The position numbers and the translations under genes are program-made. Of a DNA stretch of 64,000 nt, positions 57,752 to 64,000 are shown one piece after another (positions within the stretch are counted from its first letter, which is position 1; the number at the start of each line of letters is the position of its first letter). Origin of the DNA: an uncultured Gammaproteobacteria bacterium. GTDB lineage: Bacteria; Patescibacteriota; Microgenomatia; UBA8517. Under the pieces are notes generated by a model. The model was not told the DNA's origin. It was given only the letters and a program-made list of their open reading frames with translations, and made no database searches. The stretch is from positions 92,951 through 156,950 of the forward strand of contig CAYSEQ010000001.1 of the NCBI GenBank assembly GCA_964430475.1, given 5' to 3'.

Positions 57752-58846
57752 TTATAAGGCAAGCTTTTTATAAACCTCCAATGTAGCTTTAGCGGTTTTA
57801 ATCCAATCATACCTTTTAAGGACAGAAAGACCCTTTTTAACCCAAAAGTCTTTTTTCTTTAAAACATTCAAAATTCCTTCTGAAATTGAAACAGGATCTT
57901 GGGGGTCAACCAAAAAAGCGGCGTCCTTACCTATCTCACGCATACTGCCAAGATTAGAAGTAACAACCGGTGTTTTGCATGCAAAGGACTCCAAAATCGG
58001 CAGTCCAAAACCTTCGTAAAGCGATGGATAAACTAAAGCTTCAGCTGCCGTGAAAAGTTTTGGCAAATCTAATTTCGGAACAAAGCCTAAAAATTTTACG
58101 CCTCTTATAGGACTTATACCCTTAACTTCACTACCAATAACCACTAATTTCAAGCCTGTAATGGGTTTTATTCTCTCAAAGGCTTCAATAACTCTCTTAA
58201 CATTCTTTCTCGGACTGGTACCAATAGCAAGAATAAAATTCCCTGAAATCAAATACTTTCTCTTTACTTTTTCTACCTCGTACTTTTTAGCAGGTTTAAA
58301 AATTGGATCAGGAGCCTCAGGTATGATAGATATTCTTTCGGGTCTAAAACCAAAATCAAGGCAATCTTCATAAGTGGTTTTTGATGGCACAATAATTCTA
58401 TCTACCTCTTTGACAACCCATCTTAGTCTTGCCTTGTGCACGGAAATTATCTTAGGATCTGAATACATGGGAAACTTTAATGGTATCAAATCGTGAATAG
58501 TACTTACCTTAAAAGCCAAGGAGGGAGGCTGCACCCAATCCGAAGAGTGCAGGACATCAACTTTTCCTATCAACCTCTCAATATTCAAAACATGTAGTCT
58601 ATTCCATAAAATATCGGCAAAAAAGGGAGAAATAGGAAAGATTTTATACTTAACATTGTTAAACTGCCCAACTTTTTTTAATTCGTTTAACTTAAACTCT
58701 AAAACATTTCTCCCCCTTAGAGAACCGCCATACAAAATGAATTCGTCTTTATTATCAATTTTTAGTAAATTTTTGACGAGATTTTCCGTATACACTGACA
58801 CTCCAAAATCGTAAATCATTTGCGAAACATCAATCGCTATCCTCAT
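57752..58846 (-). CDS. Family 4 glycosyltransferase
   Basis: YEGFGLPILESFACKTPVVTSNLGSMREI. Confidence 0.75.
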   Translation of the reverse strand: MRIAIDVSQMIYDFGVSVYTENLVKNLLKIDNKDEFILYGGSLRGRNVLEFKLNELKKVGQFNNVKYKIFPISPFFADILWNRLHVLNIERLIGKVDVLHSSDWVQPPSLAFKVSTIHDLIPLKFPMYSDPKIISVHKARLRWVVKEVDRIIVPSKTTYEDCLDFGFRPERISIIPEAPDPIFKPAKKYEVEKVKRKYLISGNFILAIGTSPRKNVKRVIEAFERIKPITGLKLVVIGSEVKGISPIRGVKFLGFVPKLDLPKLFTAAEALVYPSLYEGFGLPILESFACKTPVVTSNLGSMREIGKDAAFLVDPQDPVSISEGILNVLKKKDFWVKKGLSVLKRYDWIKTAKATLEVYKKLAL

Positions 58847-58851
58847 AAATT

Positions 58852-60234
58852 TTAGATTTCCTTTCTTAGCAAGATATCCAAAGGTCCCAATTTTTCAGCT
58901 TCAACATAGTTTTGGTCAATATACTCCTTTATTAAAGGCATTGCACTTACTAAATTTATCCCTTGCACTTGCGCATGTTTATCTCTTACAACTACTCTAG
59001 GCGGATCAGTAATTAAACCGCTTAAAATTTTTTCCTCCGCTTCCCTCATAAACCAAGGGAATTGAAATACAAAAACATTTCCCGGAGGAAGCCTGTTGGC
59101 TAAAAAATAAAGATGTGGAGTAGTACCAAAAGCAAAGACTTTATCTTCACTTTCTGAATAATTATTGATTTTATCAACTAATCTTTTCTCTAAATCTCCA
59201 AAAAAAAGCACATCTTTCCCCCAAGCCCATTGGTAAAAGGGTATGATTAAATAAAAAGAGAATAAAAAATAGAATAACAATCCAATTTTTAAAATATTGG
59301 GCTGAAGATTTAGGAAAAGATAATATAAAGATATTAAAACAAAAGGTAGTGATGGCTGTAAATGAACAAAGTCAAACCTTGCGTAGACAAAAGATAAAGT
59401 ACCAAGTAAAAACACACTCAAAAGTTTCAGAATTTTAAAATCCTTTCTAAAATAAATTAGCCAGAAAGAAATAAATACAGGCCAGTAAACCCAGAAAGCC
59501 TTTACTAGATCGAATAAACTTGGATATTTTCTACCCATTTGTGCAAATGTCGTTAAATTAAAAGTTATAGTCCAATAAAATAAATCTTTTATGACACCCA
59601 TTTTTACAAAATAAATTATCACCGGTAGTTCAACCAATACCATAAAAACTAAAAACCAAAAAATGGTTTTGTATCTTTTTTCTAAAAAAAATAAACCTAC
59701 TAGAAGAAAAATCAAGACAACACTTACCTGTTTCATCTCCAAAGAAAGACCCAAGACTAATCCCAGGAAAGCAGAGTAAAACTTAGCATTCAAATCTTTT
59801 GAAATCAATAAATAAAATGCAAAAAGAAAGATTGGTACCACTAAAGAATCAATCCATAAAACATACCCTTCAAAAAAGGGGTGCCAAAACGCATATAAAA
59901 GATTCAAAATTAACAAAAATTTACTATCCTTAGAAATTTTTCTTGCGATAAGAAACAAAAGAATATGATTGATAATAATCGTTACTGCATGCAAAAAAAA
60001 TGCACCCAACGGAGTTTTAATTCCGAGAGTATAAAAATTAACTGGAAGGAAAAAAAGTCCGGGAAAGTGCTGGTCTATGATCTCTTTATAAGGTAAAAGT
60101 CCTTTAGTCGTTAGATAAGAATAGACAAAAATTTCGGGATACGGAAAAAAAATAATCTTGGTCAAGATAAAAACATGCAGACCAATTATTAATATCAGAA
60201 AAATATTATAAAAGTTAAAAATTTTGTTTTTCAT
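58852..60234 (-). CDS. Polytopic membrane protein, possibly a GT-C-like glycosyltransferase
   Basis: About 12 TM helices with a C-terminal soluble domain of about 100 aa. This is the same architecture as the adjacent GT-C genes. The sequence motif is weak. Confidence 0.35.
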   Translation of the reverse strand: MKNKIFNFYNIFLILIIGLHVFILTKIIFFPYPEIFVYSYLTTKGLLPYKEIIDQHFPGLFFLPVNFYTLGIKTPLGAFFLHAVTIIINHILLFLIARKISKDSKFLLILNLLYAFWHPFFEGYVLWIDSLVVPIFLFAFYLLISKDLNAKFYSAFLGLVLGLSLEMKQVSVVLIFLLVGLFFLEKRYKTIFWFLVFMVLVELPVIIYFVKMGVIKDLFYWTITFNLTTFAQMGRKYPSLFDLVKAFWVYWPVFISFWLIYFRKDFKILKLLSVFLLGTLSFVYARFDFVHLQPSLPFVLISLYYLFLNLQPNILKIGLLFYFLFSFYLIIPFYQWAWGKDVLFFGDLEKRLVDKINNYSESEDKVFAFGTTPHLYFLANRLPPGNVFVFQFPWFMREAEEKILSGLITDPPRVVVRDKHAQVQGINLVSAMPLIKEYIDQNYVEAEKLGPLDILLRKEI

Positions 60235-61703
60235 TCTTTAACCCAATAAGTTATTTTCCCAACCCCAGTAAAATCGCCATACTCCTCTTTTATCTTAAAG
60301 CCCCCATTAATAATTTCACTTTCAACCACTCTTCTAGGATCAGATAAGTCTCGCAAATATTCAAAATAATAAATTCCACTTTTATCATCTATCAGCATCT
60401 TGGTTTTTTCTCTTGTTTTCTCTGAATTTGCGAAAATTGAATCCGTAGCTCCCATTGCCTCAACCATCCCATTTGAATACCATCTATAAGGAGTAAAAGG
60501 TTCGGGATATTCAAATAGAATTATCTCGGAATCGGATACCTTATCTTCAACAAATCTCACAGCTTCCCTCCATTTTTCTCTCTGTTGGCGAGGATCATTC
60601 CAGTAAATAAACAATCCTAAAAAATTAAAGACTATCAAAAGCATAAAAGATAAAACCCTTAAGAAGTTATTCTTCATTGTCGTTATTCCCAAACCAACAA
60701 GTATATAAAACGCTGGTAATAGAAAGAGAAATCTAAAGAAATTAAAAGCAGGTATGATAAAAGACAAAGACAAAACTAAAACCAAAGGAACAAAGTACCA
60801 CAGCCAAATTATTTTCAAGCTTTTTTTTAGAAAAATAAAACTTCTCAACAGGCCTAAAAAGGCTGGAACCGAAGAAAACAAAACCAAAACAAGATAAACC
60901 GATTTATTAATTAGCGAAATCCTCCCAAAAACAAACTTTGTCCAAACAAACAAAATCTGTCTTATATCACTTCCTCCAGCAACTTCTTTCCATCCGGGCA
61001 AAGCATTCAAAAGCCACAAGCCGTTTTCAACTTGTTTTCTAAAAATCGGAAACCAGAAGAAACTTAATATTAAAATTGGCAAATGCGAAATCAAAAATCT
61101 GATCAAAAAATCTGTATCTTTTAACTTTTTTTCAAAAAATGAAAATAACCAAAAAATGGGTAATAAAAATAATGGTAGGTAATCAGTAAAAACAAGTGCA
61201 GTAATTGAAAAAGAAAATAATACCCACCTTAGATTCAAGAAAGAGTAGACAGCAAGTGTAGCTAAAAATGCAGCCATAGAATACATTCTTGCTTCTTGGG
61301 AATAGAAAATATGGAGTTGGGAGGTTGCGATAAGCAAACTAACAAGAATTGGGCTAGTCGGTTCGGTACTATTTTTATACAAATGTTTGCAGATCTTAAA
61401 TACAAGAAATACAGTCGCTACGCCAAACAAGACTGAAGGAAGTCTCAGTGAGAATTCTGAAAAACCAAAAATATTTGTCCATAATTTAAGAAATAAATAG
61501 TAAAGGGGCGGGTGATTATCAAATTTTGGAAACTCAGTTAGAATGTACCAAAACGAACCTTTCTTAACTTCAAAAGCACCGATGGACTCATCAAGCCAAA
61601 GAGATTGATTAATCGCCAAAAGTCTTAACAGAAAAGACATAAGTAAAATAAAAAGTACAGAATACCTACTACTAATACATCGATGTATTGTTAGTGAGGA
61701 CAT
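60231..61703 (-). CDS. GT-C fold glycosyltransferase, family 39/83 (ArnT/PMT-like)
   Basis: LWLDESIGAF...HPPLYYLFLKLW is the classic ArnT/PMT first-loop DE motif plus HPPLYY. Confidence 0.65.
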   Translation of the reverse strand: MSSLTIHRCISSRYSVLFILLMSFLLRLLAINQSLWLDESIGAFEVKKGSFWYILTEFPKFDNHPPLYYLFLKLWTNIFGFSEFSLRLPSVLFGVATVFLVFKICKHLYKNSTEPTSPILVSLLIATSQLHIFYSQEARMYSMAAFLATLAVYSFLNLRWVLFSFSITALVFTDYLPLFLLPIFWLFSFFEKKLKDTDFLIRFLISHLPILILSFFWFPIFRKQVENGLWLLNALPGWKEVAGGSDIRQILFVWTKFVFGRISLINKSVYLVLVLFSSVPAFLGLLRSFIFLKKSLKIIWLWYFVPLVLVLSLSFIIPAFNFFRFLFLLPAFYILVGLGITTMKNNFLRVLSFMLLIVFNFLGLFIYWNDPRQQREKWREAVRFVEDKVSDSEIILFEYPEPFTPYRWYSNGMVEAMGATDSIFANSEKTREKTKMLIDDKSGIYYFEYLRDLSDPRRVVESEIINGGFKIKEEYGDFTGVGKITYWVKE

Positions 61704-61869
61704 TTTTTTGTTCTAAATCTCCCCTGTATTTAAAAAAATTACTTTAAATTTACTTTTTTTAGTTTCCTTTTTTACAGGAAAGTATTATAGCTTTATTAGT
61801 TGGACGCTTTAAGCTTCTTTAGCCTTTTTCGCAACTTTATCGACTTAAACCTTAAAACCACTATATGAC

Positions 61870-62661
61870 TCATAGAGTTTTTAAAAAATGCTTTACTGCT
61901 AGATTAAATTTTTTACTTCTTTCCCAAATTTTCACCCAAACCGAAACCTTGTATATCATCATTAGGTAAGTTAAAGAAAAACCCTCAAAGCCATCCAAAA
62001 ATCCAAAATGCCGAATAAACCTTGATAAAAAAACCCTGATGGGCCACCAAAAAAGATTAAAAAAGGTTGGGTCAACACCTCTTTGAATTAGATTTTCTGC
62101 CTCAATCTCCGAGTATCGATTCTGACGAGCCAAAAATTCATAAATATTATCATATTGCTTATGAACTATTGCTAGGTTCTCGGTACCTGGAAGTTCAAAA
62201 ATCTTGCCTTGAACTTGAGGATAAGAATGAATATCCTTTTTCCATAAGACCTTTCCTTTCTTGAAAAATCTTATCTGTCTGTCAGGCCACCAATTAGTAT
62301 GTTTTATCCATTTCCCAAAAATAATATTTTTTCTGGGTATATTTACAGCATCATATTTTCCTGATTTACTAATCTCTTTAAGCTTTTTTTTAAGGTCATC
62401 CGTAATATACTCATCAGGGTCAAGTAGAATCACCCATTCTCCTCCACACGCTTCAATCATCTTATTTCTAATTAGCTCAATATAAGACACTTTATCTATA
62501 TCAATAAGCTTAGCACCAAACTTTTTTGCTACCACCCGTATATTACGATCTACTCTTGACAAATTAAAAATTAAAATCTCATCAGCAAAGCCCTTTAAAG
62601 ATTTTAGACACCTTTCCAATTTTTCGCTTTCGTTAAAAGAAGCAATCGCTAATGAAATCAT
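61870..62661 (-). CDS. Family 2 glycosyltransferase
   Basis: ISLAIASFNE..., ILLDPDE (DxD) and a GT-A fold length. Confidence 0.6.
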   Translation of the reverse strand: MISLAIASFNESEKLERCLKSLKGFADEILIFNLSRVDRNIRVVAKKFGAKLIDIDKVSYIELIRNKMIEACGGEWVILLDPDEYITDDLKKKLKEISKSGKYDAVNIPRKNIIFGKWIKHTNWWPDRQIRFFKKGKVLWKKDIHSYPQVQGKIFELPGTENLAIVHKQYDNIYEFLARQNRYSEIEAENLIQRGVDPTFFNLFWWPIRVFLSRFIRHFGFLDGFEGFSLTYLMMIYKVSVWVKIWERSKKFNLAVKHFLKTL

Positions 62662-62701
62662 ATAGTTTTGATATACTAAATTTTAGTAATCTGTTGACTT
62701 G

Positions 62702-63715
62702 TTAAGTTAATTCTTCAAAAATTTCCTCATATTTTTTCACAATTTTGTCCCATGAGAATTTTTGAGCTTGTTTCCTAGGTTTACTACCCCAATCAATTTT
62801 TAAAGCCATTTTTAAAGCCTGAGCATAAGCGTTAGTATCTGTTGGATCAACTAATATACCAGCATTACCAACAATCTCCTTCCTTTGCTCATCGTTAGGT
62901 GCAACAACAGGAAGCCCACTGGCTAGCGCTTCTAAATAAACCATACCAAAAGCCTCGTTTGGCCAAGAAGGCAAAGTGAAAAGATCACATGAGCGATAAT
63001 AATTTGCGATTTCCTCAAACCCAACCTTTTTAATCATAAACCTTCCTCGTAATTTTAAATTAGCAAGTTTCCTAATCTCAGTTTCATAATCCCCTTCTCC
63101 TAAGATCAAAAGGCTAGCTTTTTTAAGCCTTGATACAGCTTCTATAGCTAGCTCCATTCTTTTTTCTTTAACCAAGGCTCCAACCATTAAAATAATAGGT
63201 CTTGGGAGAGGAATATCTACTTTCGGTCCTAATGGTTTAAAAACTTCTAAATTTACTCCGTCGGGAACTTGGTAAACCTTTATAAAAGGATTTATCCTCT
63301 TTGCCCATTTAGCCTGCCTTGAGGTTAATCCCACAAATGCATCTGGAAAACAGTAAATATTGTTTCTATCATCCCAACCAATACCGGAGTGGCCAATAAC
63401 AACCATCCTTCCACCCCTTAACCATGTAAGAAGGCGTACCAAAGCAGGTTGCCAACCACCATTTATAGGAATTACGATATCAAATTTTTCTCTCCAAAGA
63501 TTAATGAGATTTTTGAAAGTAAACCAAAATATAAAAATTCCTTGAGGATCAATAAAAAACCTCCAAAAAAAGGACCATCTTTTTAAAGGCTTGACTTTGG
63601 CACTGAAAATAACTACATCATAACCATTCTTCAATCTTTTTGATATTTCTTCAACAAATCTCTCAGCTCCCCTAAGCACACCTCCCTGATAAGCACTTAA
63701 AATCCCTATCTTCAT
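62702..63715 (-). CDS. Family 4 glycosyltransferase
   Basis: NEAFGMVYLEALASGLPVVAPNDEQRKEIVGNAG. Confidence 0.7.
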   Translation of the reverse strand: MKIGILSAYQGGVLRGAERFVEEISKRLKNGYDVVIFSAKVKPLKRWSFFWRFFIDPQGIFIFWFTFKNLINLWREKFDIVIPINGGWQPALVRLLTWLRGGRMVVIGHSGIGWDDRNNIYCFPDAFVGLTSRQAKWAKRINPFIKVYQVPDGVNLEVFKPLGPKVDIPLPRPIILMVGALVKEKRMELAIEAVSRLKKASLLILGEGDYETEIRKLANLKLRGRFMIKKVGFEEIANYYRSCDLFTLPSWPNEAFGMVYLEALASGLPVVAPNDEQRKEIVGNAGILVDPTDTNAYAQALKMALKIDWGSKPRKQAQKFSWDKIVKKYEEIFEELT

Positions 63716-63772
63716 TTTTTAAATACTAAACAATTCGTCCTTTTTATTAAATAAAAATAAAGAAAAAATCGG

Positions 63773-64000
63773 TTAATTCCAAAATCTATATCTGAAAAGT
63801 GTTAAAACCGCAACAAATCCATCTACCCAACTAATCTTTTTCCCTTCCTTATAGCCTCTGGGTTTTATCTTTATAGGAATTTCATGGATTTCGAGCCCCT
63901 TTTTTAATATTTTCGCGGTTATTTCTGGTTCGAACTCAAAACGCTTAGATTTAAGTTCTATTCCATCTAAAACTTTTCTTTTGAACATTTTGTAACCTGT
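63773..64000 (-). CDS. C-terminal part of a family 2 glycosyltransferase (DPM1/GtrB-like polyprenol-phosphate sugar synthase). The gene continues beyond the window end.
   Basis: ...RFEFEPEITAKILKKGLEIHEIPIKIKPRGYKEGKKISW resembles the C-termini of dolichyl/undecaprenyl-phosphate glycosyltransferases. The listed 71-aa ORF is an internal-Met truncation. Confidence 0.5.
   Translation of the reverse strand, partial: TGYKMFKRKVLDGIELKSKRFEFEPEITAKILKKGLEIHEIPIKIKPRGYKEGKKISWVDGFVAVLTLFRYRFWN

Noticed and set aside
63773-63988. Stand-alone 71-aa protein
   Set aside because: The sequence is the conserved C-terminus of DPM1/GtrB-type GT2 enzymes. The frame stays open to the window end, so it is a fragment of a longer gene.
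1-64000. CRISPR arrays, rRNA genes, transposases, integrases or phage genes
   Set aside because: I saw no direct-repeat/spacer periodicity, no rRNA-like conserved stretches, and no recognisable mobile-element proteins. Only the ParB gene and the 113-aa ORF show mildly deviant GC.

Overview
This window is AT-rich (roughly 30-35% GC), densely packed, and almost entirely coding. Most genes lie on the minus strand. The gene content (many small cell-envelope proteins, FemX, and GT-C/GT2/GT4 glycosyltransferases) suggests a small-genome bacterium such as a Candidate Phyla Radiation/Patescibacteria-like lineage, but this is an inference only. There are three main blocks.

(1) Positions 1-9.7 kb hold a glycan-assembly locus: GT2 and GT4 glycosyltransferases, two SAM methyltransferases, a Wzx-type flippase, a bis-heme ferric-reductase-like membrane protein and a secreted TIM-barrel glycosidase-like protein.

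(2) Positions 9.7-18 kb form a housekeeping island: a GC-rich structured ncRNA candidate, tRNA-Val(CAC), a CBS-less IMPDH/GMP reductase, signal peptidase I, an orphan ParB, rplU-rpmA, RodA and IleS.

(3) Positions 18.1-39 kb hold a complete but remodelled division/cell-wall (dcw) cluster. In transcription order (minus strand, 39 kb to 18 kb) it reads mraZ-rsmH-ftsL-ftsI-murA-murE-murB-murD-[alpha/beta hydrolase]-[MurF with N-terminal 4-TM domain]-[DegT aminotransferase]-[FemX]-[triple winged-helix protein]-mraY-ftsW-murG-ftsQ-ftsA-ftsZ. murC and ddl are not in the cluster. Two identical 10-mer boxes flank a promoter upstream of mraZ.

Beyond the dcw cluster come GlyRS, a Zn-ribbon/coiled-coil PD-(D/E)xK-like protein and RecO. 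From about 43.2 kb to the window end runs a second, very large surface-glycan locus. It contains a DUF4012-like protein, an initiating phosphoglycosyl transferase, a ManC-like nucleotidyltransferase, at least 10 GT2/GT4 enzymes, an O-antigen-ligase-family protein, a hexapeptide acetyltransferase and three GT-C (ArnT/PMT-like) membrane glycosyltransferases. A further GT2 fused to a GT-C domain sits at the window start.

I found no rRNA, CRISPR array or recognisable mobile element. All functional calls rest on motif recognition by eye, not on database searches.
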